64,000 nt of DNA from an uncultured Gammaproteobacteria bacterium. GTDB taxonomy: Bacteria > Patescibacteriota > Microgenomatia > Levybacterales > UBA12049. A program made the position numbers and the translations under genes. Shown here piece by piece: positions 21,090-30,733 of the stretch. Each line of letters starts with the position of its first letter. The first letter of the stretch is position 1. Location: contig CAZEJU010000002.1 in assembly GCA_964512695.1 (NCBI GenBank), forward strand, positions 76,233 through 140,232. Reading direction: 5' to 3'. Below the pieces are notes generated by a model, which saw nothing but the letters and a program-made list of their open reading frames with translations, did not search any database and was not told the origin of the DNA.

Positions 21090-21590
21090 ATAGAGTGGTG
21101 GGGCCACGCCTGTTTAAGGAATGGCCCCATTAGCCGACGGTTTTTAGCCGTCGAGAGTGAGTGTAAAAAGCCTGTGGTCAAATCCGGCTTCTGTGCAGAA
21201 TGACTCTGCATGCCTCTTGACCACCTCGTCCAGCCGGGTGTCTCTGCTCAGCGCAGCTCTGAAGTTACGTGGAATACCCACCAGCGGTGGGCCGGTATGC
21301 TTCCACAGGGTAACCCCTGCAAATTCTACCGTCCAGAGTACTTCGACCAGAAGCCACCCCTCGAGGTCCTGGCCATCGGGCCATTTTGTGGCGCCTCGGC
21401 GGAATTCGACGGGATGACCCAGTCGCTGCTGTGCGTCTCGCTGGATGCTCTGCAGCAACTTCTGCTGGGCCTGTTTGTACAGGCGGTTGTCAACTGTCAT
21501 GACAGACATTCTTAATCTCCTCTGTAAAAGTTCAGCCGCGCGAATGCGGCATGGAGTCACCGGCCCTCGTGCCGGTAACAGAAAAATAGT
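21090..21590. other. GC-rich (about 58-60%) foreign-looking segment with paired hairpins at one end
   Basis: There is an abrupt compositional shift relative to the flanks. Hairpins are GGGGCCA...TGGCCCC (21099-21127) and CGACGG...CCGTCG (21129-21150). Confidence 0.5.
21144..21509 (-). CDS. Hypothetical protein inside the GC-rich segment, with CTG/CGC-rich codon usage
   Basis: ORF beginning 'MSVMTVDNRLYKQAQQKLLQ...' (track ORF 21144-21560). It is followed on its strand by the hairpins. Confidence 0.35.
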   Translation of the reverse strand: MSVMTVDNRLYKQAQQKLLQSIQRDAQQRLGHPVEFRRGATKWPDGQDLEGWLLVEVLWTVEFAGVTLWKHTGPPLVGIPRNFRAALSRDTRLDEVVKRHAESFCTEAGFDHRLFTLTLDG

Positions 21591-21690
21591 ATAGCAAAGA
21601 TAGCCTATAGTGGCAAGTTCTGGCTGTAAATATTGTGGTGATGAATTGGTATTTGATACACAAGTATCATGGTGAAATAGTGGGTTATTT

Positions 21691-23082
21691 TTAGTGTGGC
21701 TGTACTGTATTCTGCAGATACATAGCTTTTAAGTAGGCTATGTGGTTGTTTGTCAGAGATGTTAAGATTGTTCCGCCTGCTGTGAACGCGTGAGTTACGT
21801 CATCTAGTGATCCATATTTTTCGAGTGCGACCCGTCCTTCTCCGCCTCCTACATAGGTTTTAATACCTGCTAGTGTCATCTGTTTTAGTAATGGTATAAA
21901 TTCTTTTGTACCATTCTCGAACAGAGGATCTTCAAATTTTCCAAATACACCATTGTGGAACATGACATATGGTGTTTGAGCGGTCTTGCTTTCTTCTATA
22001 TAGGAACGAATTTTTTCTGCAAAAAGTTTTCGTGTTTCAGGGCCGATATCTAGTTGCGTTCGACCTTCAGGGATAGTTTTACTAGCCTCGCCATTTTCTA
22101 ATATAAAATCGACAGGGAATACGACATCAATATTATTATCTTGGCATATTTGCATAATTTCTTTAGCTTGGTCAAATCGTTTCGGCTCTACATACGCTTC
22201 ACTAGCAGGATCATTCTCAGCAGCCCCTGCAGAAAACTCCACTCCTTCAAGTTCGCTCTTCGCTTTTAGTAACGGCATAGCTAACGCCCCAGCAGTAAAG
22301 ATCAGTTTAAGATTTCCTCTTTCGACCATACCTTCTAAGTCATCCAATTTATCCATTTTTATACCACTCATAACGACGAAGTTTGCGTTTCTAACATTCC
22401 GGATATGTGTCTGCATCTCGTCAGCTATGTAAAATCCGAGAGCTGTTTTTTTCATCAGTAGGGGAATTGCGACTGAAGAAAAATCCACGTTTGATGCTGC
22501 GATAGCCTCGTTAATCTCAACTTGAGTTAGCCGGTCACTTATATCTTTACTCACAGTGTACATTTTTTCACTGATGGCTGGGAATGTTTCTTCTGTCGCT
22601 TTCCACAGCGCTCGTTCCATATCATATTTTCTGGTATTCTCTAAAAGGAAAATACTTTTTGGCTCAGCTGATTTTACTTTCTCTACTACATCATCGGTCA
22701 GTTTATTTTTAGCTTCATCAAGCCATTCAGGAATAAATGTTACAGGAAGGCTAGTATAATCGCTAATTGCTTTAACTATTGGAAGTGCTGTGTTCGTTTT
22801 ATCTCGTCCTACATGGCCGAAAAGAATTGTTTTCCAACCTTTATCGTAGGTGAATTTTATTGTTTGGGCAATGGATTCTATTCGGCTCATATCTTTCACA
22901 GCCCCGTCTTTTACAGGAACATCGATATCAACCCTTATTAACACAGGCGTTCCACTTGGCAATTCAGATAACGAATCAACACGCGGAATAGCGTCGAGTA
23001 ATGTCTCTAAAGGAAGATTGTTTATCTCGGCATCTTGGGCAAAAATTTTGTGGAGAAGGGTATTAAATGATTGAAAATCCAT
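21691..23082 (-). CDS. pgk: Phosphoglycerate kinase (long form)
   Basis: 'VLIRVDIDVPV', 'YVGGGEG' and 'FTAGGTILTSL' are PGK motifs. Confidence 0.8.
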   Translation of the reverse strand: MDFQSFNTLLHKIFAQDAEINNLPLETLLDAIPRVDSLSELPSGTPVLIRVDIDVPVKDGAVKDMSRIESIAQTIKFTYDKGWKTILFGHVGRDKTNTALPIVKAISDYTSLPVTFIPEWLDEAKNKLTDDVVEKVKSAEPKSIFLLENTRKYDMERALWKATEETFPAISEKMYTVSKDISDRLTQVEINEAIAASNVDFSSVAIPLLMKKTALGFYIADEMQTHIRNVRNANFVVMSGIKMDKLDDLEGMVERGNLKLIFTAGALAMPLLKAKSELEGVEFSAGAAENDPASEAYVEPKRFDQAKEIMQICQDNNIDVVFPVDFILENGEASKTIPEGRTQLDIGPETRKLFAEKIRSYIEESKTAQTPYVMFHNGVFGKFEDPLFENGTKEFIPLLKQMTLAGIKTYVGGGEGRVALEKYGSLDDVTHAFTAGGTILTSLTNNHIAYLKAMYLQNTVQPH

Positions 23083-23084
23083 AC

Positions 23085-24449
23085 TTACTCTGTAACGTAT
23101 TGCTTAACAGTATCCATAGTTCCCTCAATTTTCAGTTCGTCATAGATCTTTCCTATATACTCTTCAAGCGCATGAATAATAGGTTTCTTTTCTGCTTCTG
23201 ATAAGTGCCAAAGCTGTTTTTTAAATGGTCCCCATGTCTTTTTTCGTACTTTATAGAGAAATTGATTTTCAGTCCATCCAGTGGCCCATTCATCCTTTAA
23301 TTCTTTCTTCGCCCACTCATACATTTCATCTCTTAAAGCTGCAGGCATTGTGTCGAATACGATGTTCTGAAAACCTGTAGATAGATGAATTTCTGCTGTG
23401 TGCGATTTTACGAAGGTATTAAATACATCCATAGGAAGAGTAGAAGCCCCATGCTGTACTGGCCCTGCCAAATGATATTTTTCTTTCGCAACTTTTCCTA
23501 TTGATTCAAGAACTGAAAAATCAACTGGCATTTTTTGTACTTCCCCTGTAGAGCTGATAACTCCACCATGGCTAGTTCCTGTTTGAACGCTTACCTTACT
23601 TATACCGCTTCCACGAGGAATTTTATTAAGATACTGATGCATAAAAGCTTCAAAATCTTCAACAGTACTATTCTTCTCTCCGATATGCCCGATCTCTCCA
23701 CCTATAACGATAGGAGACGAAGCAGCGTACGGATGGTTATCTCGTTGTAATTGTGTTTCTTTTTCACGAATGAACTTCGTCATCTCAGCAGTTACATACG
23801 CATTCTCATGTTGTTGTGCTGTTAATGAAGGCTTACTTAAATCGACAAGTGTAGATCCATCAATATCGATGTTCCTAAAGCCAGCTTCTAATAAAATCGT
23901 AACCCAGTCTCTTAGTCGCTGTAATTCTTGTTCTTTGTCGGATGAAAATCTTTTTAAGCTAAATTGACAATGATCTCCTTGGATAAAAACAGGACCTTTG
24001 TAATTTTCCCGTAATGCAGCGCCTAAAATAACTGCTGCAAATTCATCTGGATGCTGATCTGTATACTCACTTTCTGTTTTCGCAATTTCAATAATTAATG
24101 CTCCAGCCTTTTTCTTTTGTGCTACCCGAAACATTGCGCGGGCAGTATCATACGCCATCATGCGGATATTCATTGCGGGAACAGTAAAACCAGACACTTT
24201 CTGTTCTCCTAAAGCCTGATAAAGCGGGCGAATAGATGCGGAAGAGGCATCGAGATTTTTCGATAATCCATGAATAATACGGCGAGCTTTCGCTTTTAAA
24301 GAATCATCTGAACCGAAAACTGAAGTATAGACTAGTTTATCAATCATCTCGTGTGTAATTTTATCCGGGTGAGTTATATCGAAGGAGTCGTCATGAAGAG
24401 CAATAGCATGATGAAGTTCTATTTTTAAGTCGTTTAGATTTTTAAACAT
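23085..24449 (-). CDS. Class II fructose/ketose-bisphosphate aldolase family protein
   Basis: 'VPAMNIRMM...FIQGDHCQF' is the class II aldolase zinc-site pattern. The start is trimmed to 'MFKNLNDL'. Confidence 0.65.
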   Translation of the reverse strand: MFKNLNDLKIELHHAIALHDDSFDITHPDKITHEMIDKLVYTSVFGSDDSLKAKARRIIHGLSKNLDASSASIRPLYQALGEQKVSGFTVPAMNIRMMAYDTARAMFRVAQKKKAGALIIEIAKTESEYTDQHPDEFAAVILGAALRENYKGPVFIQGDHCQFSLKRFSSDKEQELQRLRDWVTILLEAGFRNIDIDGSTLVDLSKPSLTAQQHENAYVTAEMTKFIREKETQLQRDNHPYAASSPIVIGGEIGHIGEKNSTVEDFEAFMHQYLNKIPRGSGISKVSVQTGTSHGGVISSTGEVQKMPVDFSVLESIGKVAKEKYHLAGPVQHGASTLPMDVFNTFVKSHTAEIHLSTGFQNIVFDTMPAALRDEMYEWAKKELKDEWATGWTENQFLYKVRKKTWGPFKKQLWHLSEAEKKPIIHALEEYIGKIYDELKIEGTMDTVKQYVTE

Positions 24450-24531
24450 ACCGTCACATATTCTATAAGAATATAGCCTTCTACGCAAGTCATATTTTGA
24501 GATAGAGAGAAAATACGATACAATATCTACC

Positions 24532-25851
24532 ATGATTCCATCAATTATTGAAGCAGAATATCCTTTACGTTTCCGTGAAGAGGACGCGATGCGCCTTGGT
24601 GAATTTCTCCGCCAGCATGAAAGTGTAGATATTATTGGCATGAAGCGTGTCGGTATTAGTAATTTTTTACGGTTTTTCCTAAACCATAGAAATATCGTTC
24701 CTACATATATTAGTAAAGAAGAGAGACATGTATTTATCGCTGTTGACCTAAATGATCTTATCGAACGAGAGATTTTTCCTTTCTGGACATTAACGTTAAA
24801 AAGAATTGTGGACAGTGTCTCTAAAATAGATATGCCTTCTGGCAAAAAAGAAGATATTGAACAGCTATTTCTCAAGACGATTCAAGCCCAAGATCATTTT
24901 CTTACAATTGATAGCGTTCGCAATGTCTTATTAAAGATCATTAATGCGGGTTATTTTCCAACACTTTTCTTTCTTAGGTTTGATCGTATGAGTGAGGTTG
25001 CGACCCCATCTTTTTTTGATAACTTGCAAGGGCTAAAAGATGCAACACATCAAAAGTTATCGTACGTCTTTACTAGCTATAGAAGTCTAGACGAGCTTTC
25101 TCCATCAGTATTTACACCAGCTTCACTTTCTCTTTTTTGCAAAAATATGTACATGAGTCTTGCTCATAGATCAGATATGGAAACTATCTATGAGACATAT
25201 GCATCGCGTTATGGATTAGAACTTCCTGTAGAGTTACAACACTCTGTCCTTAATTTAGTCAGTGGTTATGTTCAATATCTCCAGTTAAGCCTTATTATTC
25301 TTCATGAGAATAAAGATAAATTGCCTCAGAATATGCAAGAATTATTCTCTCTATTAGTTCAGGATGAAAGGATCACTCTTCAATCCGAGGAGTTGTGGGA
25401 TAGTTTACATGAAAAGGAGAGAATTATTCTTCATAAAGTAGCTGTGGGGTTAACTATTGAAGAGGCAGATAGGAAAGAAGCATCTTATCTTTGGGAAACA
25501 GGTTTTCTTATGGAAAAGCAAGAAAAGAATTATGTTTTTAGTCCTTTATTTCAAGAATACCTTGGTCAACAAGTGCAAGTAATGTATCCACAGCAGAATA
25601 GCATTCATTTTAGTCGTAAGGAGCATGCTCTTTTTACTGTTTTAGAAGCAAAGAAGGATCAAATATGCGAACGGGAAGAAATTATAGAAGCGGTATGGCC
25701 GGAATCAAAAGACTTCGGTATTTCTGACTGGGCTATAGATAGACTTATCGCCCGTGTTCGAACAAAATTACGACAGCAAAATAGCCCTTATGAAATACGC
25801 ACAATTAGGACGCGGGGATATCAACTAGTAGACAAACAGGTTTCCTCGTAG
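24532..25851 (+). CDS. Regulator with an N-terminal NTPase-like domain and a C-terminal OmpR/PhoB-type winged helix
   Basis: C-terminal 'ICEREEIIEAVWPE...WAIDRLIARVRTKL...IRTIRTRGYQL' matches Trans_reg_C. It is divergent from the aldolase gene. Confidence 0.55.
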   Translation: MIPSIIEAEYPLRFREEDAMRLGEFLRQHESVDIIGMKRVGISNFLRFFLNHRNIVPTYISKEERHVFIAVDLNDLIEREIFPFWTLTLKRIVDSVSKIDMPSGKKEDIEQLFLKTIQAQDHFLTIDSVRNVLLKIINAGYFPTLFFLRFDRMSEVATPSFFDNLQGLKDATHQKLSYVFTSYRSLDELSPSVFTPASLSLFCKNMYMSLAHRSDMETIYETYASRYGLELPVELQHSVLNLVSGYVQYLQLSLIILHENKDKLPQNMQELFSLLVQDERITLQSEELWDSLHEKERIILHKVAVGLTIEEADRKEASYLWETGFLMEKQEKNYVFSPLFQEYLGQQVQVMYPQQNSIHFSRKEHALFTVLEAKKDQICEREEIIEAVWPESKDFGISDWAIDRLIARVRTKLRQQNSPYEIRTIRTRGYQLVDKQVSS

Positions 25852-25952
25852 TCTGGTTAGGGATAGACGTTTGAGAACTATGAAAGAGCTAGAGGTTTCT
25901 CACGGTTCATTGTAAAAACAACAAACTTACATTAATACAGACATTGGCAATC

Positions 25953-25980
25953 CCCGAGCTTTTCCCGACCTATTCCCGAA
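25953..25980 (+). repeat. Copy A of a 28-nt motif cccgagcttttcccga-NN-tatt-cccgaa, upstream of valS
   Basis: 24/28 identical to the copy at 29053-29080. Confidence 0.5.
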
Positions 25981-25990
25981 CATCTCTTTC

Positions 25991-26020
25991 TTGAACCTAC
26001 TATTCATGCTATGCTACAAT
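25991..26020 (+). promoter_or_regulatory. Sigma70-like promoter TTGAAC-18nt-TACAAT for valS; the ATG at 26028 makes the transcript near-leaderless
   Basis: Hexamers read directly from the sequence. Confidence 0.4.
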
Positions 26021-26027
26021 CAGCCTC

Positions 26028-28316
26028 ATGGATAAAGCATATAACTTTAAAGACGCAGAAGAGAAACTGTATTCTTTCTGGGAAGAAAAGGGATATTTCA
26101 AACCATCCGTCGATAATGCTCAGGATAAGAAACCATTTACAATAGTTCTTCCGCCCCCAAATGCAAGCGGGAAAATGCATACAGGGAATGTTCTTATGAT
26201 TGCGATTGAGGATTTACTTATTCGTTGGCATCGTATGAAAGGCGAGCCTACTTTATGGATTCCCGGCACAGACCATGCAGGGACAGAAACTCAGATAACG
26301 TTTGAAAAAGCATTAAAAAAGCAGGGGAAATCAAGATTCCAATATACGCGTAAGCAACTTTATGATGAGATTTGGAACTTCGTCCAGAATAATAAACATT
26401 TAATTGAGCGTCAAATACGAAGAATGGGTGCCAGTGTCGACTGGAGTCGTTATCGTTTTACTCTTGACGACCAAGTTATTAAGACTGTACATGAAACGTT
26501 TAAAAAAATGGTAAAAGACGATTTAGTATATCGTGGTAACCACATGGTGAATTATTGTACTAAATGCGGTACAACTTATGCAGATGTAGAGTTAAAACAC
26601 GAAGAGAGAACAGATCCACTTTATTATATGAAATATGGCCCTTTTATTCTCGCAACTGTAAGACCAGAGACGAAATTTGGAGACACTGCAGTCGCTGTAA
26701 ACCCGACTGATAAACGATATAAAAAATGGATAGGAAGTGAAATAGAGGTTGAAGGTTTAAATGGGAACTTCAAACTAAACGTTATTGCTGATGAATTTGT
26801 CGATCCGGCTTTCGGAACTGGGGTAGTAAAAGTGACACCAGCTCATGATAAGAATGATTATGAAGCAGGTCTTCGTCATAATCTCGAGGTTCGGCCGGTT
26901 ATTGATTTAAACGGTAAGTTAAATGATAAAGCAGGAAAGTATGCGGGACTCAGCGTCGCAGAAGCTAGAAAACAAGTTGTTGCAGATTTACAGGCAAGGG
27001 GTCTTATGGATCATATTGATGAAAAATATGTTCATACGGTTGCATTATGTAAAGCAGGGCATGAAATTGAGCCAATGGTTTTGCCTAATTGGTTTATAAA
27101 AGTAGACGCTCCTCATAAATCATTTAAAAAGCCTGCATATGAAGCCGTCAAGAATGGGACTATACGAATATATCCTCAATGGAGAGAAATAACCTATTTA
27201 CGCTGGATGGAGGAAATGCGTGATTGGCCGATTTCCCGTCAGAACGTATGGGGAATACAAATTCCTGTATGGTATGAAATAGAAAATGAGAGTCAATTTT
27301 ACGTCTGGTTTACTACCAAAGCAGGTGAATATAAACATGGTGTTTTAGGAGAACTGTTATCTAGCGAAATAACGTTTGAGGAGATTATAGAAGGTTTACA
27401 GCGCGTTACAGCAGTGTCTGGTGTAACTTGGGTCTTTGAAGACGAAAGAGAAGTAGGGAAACGATATTTACCGGAAACAGATACTTTTGATACGTGGTTT
27501 TCCTCTGGGCAATGGCCACTTGTAACGCTCGGATATCCTGATTCTGAAGATTTCAAGTACTTTTATCCTACAACCGTTTTAGAGACAGGCTGGGAAATTA
27601 TTCGTTTATGGGTTTCTCGTATGATTATGTTTGGTTATTACCTTACTGATAAACCGCCATTTGAATATGTTTATCTTCATGGTATTGTCCGCGCACTTGA
27701 TGGAAGAAAGATGAGTAAGAGCTTAGGCAACGTTATAGATCCTGAAGAATATATTAACCAGTACGGCGTAGACTCACTTCGTATGGGTCTTATCTCAGGA
27801 ACAGCTAATGGAAAAGATTTTAATTTTCCAAAAGATCGAGTTATCGCGTATAAACATTTCGCAAATAAAGTTTGGAACATGGGAAGATTCTTACTCTATG
27901 AAAGTGAAAAATCAAAAATCAAAAGTCAAAAGTTGGAAGACATAGAGAAAAGCAGGTTTACGGATGAGGACAATAAAATAATACAAGGTTTGCATAGTCT
28001 TATTAAAGAAGTTGAGGCTAATCTTGAGAAGTTTCGATTTGCTGACGCAGGAGAAGCAATCTACCAGTTTTTATGGCATGAAGTCGCTGATAAGTATATT
28101 GAACAACTTAAAAATAGGGAAGATAAGGATATCGCATTATCAGTTTTATCACATGTTTTTCTAACAAGTTTGAAACTACTTCATCCCTTTATGCCATTCG
28201 TCACAGAAGAAATCTACCAAAAAATGCCAGGCCATGGAGAGTCTATCATGATAGAAAAATGGCCAACCTTAGAGTTGCAAAGTAACAAAGTTTCAAAGCT
28301 GCAGAGAAAAGTCTAA
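26028..28316 (+). CDS. valS: Valyl-tRNA synthetase
   Basis: 'PPPNASGKMHTGN' HIGH-region, 'KMSKSLGN', and editing-domain 'TVRPETKFGDTAVAVNP'. Confidence 0.85.
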   Translation: MDKAYNFKDAEEKLYSFWEEKGYFKPSVDNAQDKKPFTIVLPPPNASGKMHTGNVLMIAIEDLLIRWHRMKGEPTLWIPGTDHAGTETQITFEKALKKQGKSRFQYTRKQLYDEIWNFVQNNKHLIERQIRRMGASVDWSRYRFTLDDQVIKTVHETFKKMVKDDLVYRGNHMVNYCTKCGTTYADVELKHEERTDPLYYMKYGPFILATVRPETKFGDTAVAVNPTDKRYKKWIGSEIEVEGLNGNFKLNVIADEFVDPAFGTGVVKVTPAHDKNDYEAGLRHNLEVRPVIDLNGKLNDKAGKYAGLSVAEARKQVVADLQARGLMDHIDEKYVHTVALCKAGHEIEPMVLPNWFIKVDAPHKSFKKPAYEAVKNGTIRIYPQWREITYLRWMEEMRDWPISRQNVWGIQIPVWYEIENESQFYVWFTTKAGEYKHGVLGELLSSEITFEEIIEGLQRVTAVSGVTWVFEDEREVGKRYLPETDTFDTWFSSGQWPLVTLGYPDSEDFKYFYPTTVLETGWEIIRLWVSRMIMFGYYLTDKPPFEYVYLHGIVRALDGRKMSKSLGNVIDPEEYINQYGVDSLRMGLISGTANGKDFNFPKDRVIAYKHFANKVWNMGRFLLYESEKSKIKSQKLEDIEKSRFTDEDNKIIQGLHSLIKEVEANLEKFRFADAGEAIYQFLWHEVADKYIEQLKNREDKDIALSVLSHVFLTSLKLLHPFMPFVTEEIYQKMPGHGESIMIEKWPTLELQSNKVSKLQRKV

Positions 28317-28360
28317 TAAAAAGTATAGCTCTGTAACTGTGGATCTTTAAATTTTATAAG

Positions 28361-28984
28361 ATGTGGATACCGCAGAAGCCGCCATATGCTAGATTTAAGA
28401 AGAAGAAGTACGCCGATGTACTGCAGACGTTTTCTTTCGTTTATCAACTCGGTGATTCTCCCATACTCCGTCAATCTTCGCAAGAAGTTGGAGATATCAC
28501 GTCAGAAGAATTTAAGGAAAAACTTGCTTATCTTAAACGTTGTCTTTCCCGATATAGGAGACTAACAGGTATGGGAGTTGGAATAGCAGCGGTTCAGGTA
28601 GGTATACCGGAACGTTTTGCTATAATCCATATGCCTACCTTTGATCAACACACGTTTATTATCATTAATCCAAGAATAGTAAAAACATCAGAAAAACAGT
28701 TGCTATATCCTGAAATGTGTATGAGCGCGCATCCTTGTATCGCGCTAGTAAAAAGATCAGCTTGGATTGAGTTTACCTATTATGATATAAAAGGAGAGGA
28801 ACAGTACTGGAACAGGAAATCAGATGATGAAGTTGGAAAACGACTGAATAGAGTATTTCAACACGAAATAGATCATATGGACGGTATTATTAATATTGAT
28901 CGTGTAGAATCTAAAGACATCATTTTTGAGTCAGATCCGCATTTTTATAAGAATGCGAAATTTGTAGAGGATACTGTTGTATGA
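28361..28984 (+). CDS. def: Peptide deformylase with an N-terminal extension
   Basis: 'GVGIAAVQVG', 'CMSAHPC' and 'QHEIDHMDG' are PDF motifs 1-3. Confidence 0.8.
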   Translation: MWIPQKPPYARFKKKKYADVLQTFSFVYQLGDSPILRQSSQEVGDITSEEFKEKLAYLKRCLSRYRRLTGMGVGIAAVQVGIPERFAIIHMPTFDQHTFIIINPRIVKTSEKQLLYPEMCMSAHPCIALVKRSAWIEFTYYDIKGEEQYWNRKSDDEVGKRLNRVFQHEIDHMDGIINIDRVESKDIIFESDPHFYKNAKFVEDTVV

Positions 28985-29421
28985 GACCGTCACTGCCTAA
29001 GAGTTTTTTTCCGAAAGTTACTGTAAAAGCATTTTCTCTAAGAAGAGTGGAATTCCCGAGCTTTTCCCGATTAATTACCGAATCAGTTGCTAGTGTACGG
29101 GCAACAGGGTCTTTTGCTTATGTCATCGTACTGTCTTTAGTCTTATGTCTAGCCATAGGTATAGTTCTAAAAGATATTAGAAAGAATCAGGAACTACTTA
29201 ATGCATTACAAGCGGAAAAAGAAAATCTGCTTAAGGAACGTGTTTATTGGGAAAAAACAGTTACGCGATATAAAGATTATCGAGATGGCTACTATCAACT
29301 CGCGCTTTTGGAATATCAGCTTGGGAACACTGACGCCGCAAGATCTTATGTAGATAAGGCGTTATCAATAGATCCGCAGTTTTACCAGGCGAAGTATTTA
29401 TTACAAACGATAGAGAGGTAA
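28981..29421 (+). CDS. Small membrane-anchored hypothetical protein with a TPR-like C-terminus; the start is uncertain
   Basis: TM 'FAYVIVLSLVLCLAIGIVL'. The 5' part overlaps repeat copy B, so the true start may be downstream or non-ATG. Confidence 0.35.
   Translation: MRPSLPKSFFPKVTVKAFSLRRVEFPSFSRLITESVASVRATGSFAYVIVLSLVLCLAIGIVLKDIRKNQELLNALQAEKENLLKERVYWEKTVTRYKDYRDGYYQLALLEYQLGNTDAARSYVDKALSIDPQFYQAKYLLQTIER
29053..29080 (+). repeat. Copy B of the 28-nt motif
   Basis: See copy A at 25953-25980. Confidence 0.5.
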
Positions 29422-29423
29422 TT

Positions 29424-30092
29424 TTATTTTTCTTCAGGGGCTTCTGCAGCAGCTTCTTCTCCTTCAGTTTCTTTTTTCTCTGTGATAACCTCTGGCATTT
29501 CTATCTCACCTTCTGCAGGTACTGGCTCTTCTTCTTTCATCATTTCACCAATTCTTGCTACAACCTGAGCTGCATCAGTAAGTACGGTTACACCAGAAGG
29601 AACTTTTAAGTCGGCAACGGTGATTTGTTCATCAAGAGCAGCAAGTGTTTCGACATTTACCTCAATAGAATCTGGTAATTCTTCTGGAAGTGCTTCAACT
29701 TCAATTTCAGAGAGAGGGGTAAGAAGCACGCCAACTTTTTCTGCGACAGCTTTAGGTTCGCCAGTGATGGTAACGGGAACCATACTTTTAACTTTTTCTT
29801 TAAGATTTACTTGATAGAAATCTACGTGGAGAGGTGTGCGTGTTCGGAAATTCCATTGTATATTTTTGAAAAGAACAGGTCGTCGTTCACCATCAAGCAT
29901 AACATCGACAAGTCCTGTTTCTCCAACTTCTTTATAAACAGGTTCGAAGTCAGTATATTTAACTTGGATTGCTACTGAGGCAAGAGCCTTGCCATAGATA
30001 TTTGCAGGAAGATAGCCTTCTCTACGAAGTTTTTTTACTTGTTTGCCTAAAACTGTTCGTTTTTGAACTTCTAACTTAGGATGCTGTGCCAT
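29424..30092 (-). CDS. rplY: Ribosomal protein L25 / general stress protein Ctc with an acidic C-terminal tail
   Basis: 'MAQHPKLEVQKRTVLGKQVKKLRREGYLPANIYG' is L25-like. Confidence 0.8.
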   Translation of the reverse strand: MAQHPKLEVQKRTVLGKQVKKLRREGYLPANIYGKALASVAIQVKYTDFEPVYKEVGETGLVDVMLDGERRPVLFKNIQWNFRTRTPLHVDFYQVNLKEKVKSMVPVTITGEPKAVAEKVGVLLTPLSEIEVEALPEELPDSIEVNVETLAALDEQITVADLKVPSGVTVLTDAAQVVARIGEMMKEEEPVPAEGEIEMPEVITEKKETEGEEAAAEAPEEK

Positions 30093-30185
30093 AATGATAT
30101 ATTTTACTGTACTTTCGTATTATACACAAGGGTGAGATAAAAGTCAACGAACTATGGGACGTTTAAGCGTGCTATACTAGTATTT

Positions 30186-30680
30186 ATGAGGATTTTAGGT
30201 GTTGATCCAGGGATTGGGAGAACGGGGTGGGGGGTAATAGAAATTCAACATTCAAAACTCAAAACTCAAAATTTTGGATGCATAGAAACAGAGGTAAATG
30301 GACTTCTAGAACAACGGCTTCAGGCCTTGTATACTCAGTTATGCGCCATAATTAACGATGAGAAGCCAGAGGTGGTAGCAGTAGAAGAATTATTTTTTAA
30401 TACAAATGCGAAGACCGCCCTTATAGTAGGACAGGCGCGTGGTGTAGTCTTACTGGCTGCTGCACAGGCAGGCCTTACATTAGCCATATATACACCTTTA
30501 CAAGTAAAAATGGCGTTAACAGGATACGGAAGAGCAGAGAAAGCACAAATAGGACAAATGGTGAAAGTATTACTTTCGTTGCCATCTATTCCCCGACCAG
30601 ATGATACCGCAGATGCACTCGCGATAGCGATTACTCATGCTTTTTCTCACAAAATACACAGCTCATCCAAGGTTATGTAA
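30186..30680 (+). CDS. ruvC: Holliday junction resolvase RuvC
   Basis: 'MRILGVDPGIGRTGWGVIE'. Confidence 0.85.
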   Translation: MRILGVDPGIGRTGWGVIEIQHSKLKTQNFGCIETEVNGLLEQRLQALYTQLCAIINDEKPEVVAVEELFFNTNAKTALIVGQARGVVLLAAAQAGLTLAIYTPLQVKMALTGYGRAEKAQIGQMVKVLLSLPSIPRPDDTADALAIAITHAFSHKIHSSSKVM

Positions 30681-30733
30681 GAATGTAATCTGTTTGCCAG
30701 TGTTCTTAAAAAATGTTAGAATGAGCTACCTTT

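Noticed and set aside
21157-21515. Plus-strand ORFs (86 and 101 aa) in the GC-rich segment
   Set aside because: The minus-strand ORF is longer, has a clean ATG and downstream hairpins, and has coherent codon usage. The + strand frames look like GC-rich antisense artefacts.
27895-27925. Tandem 'aaatcaaaa/aagtcaaaag' repeats in valS and 'aaaactcaaaactcaaaa' in ruvC (30240-30270)
   Set aside because: They are short in-frame codon repeats (KSKIKSQK and KLKTQN) within conserved genes, not CRISPR or mobile repeats.
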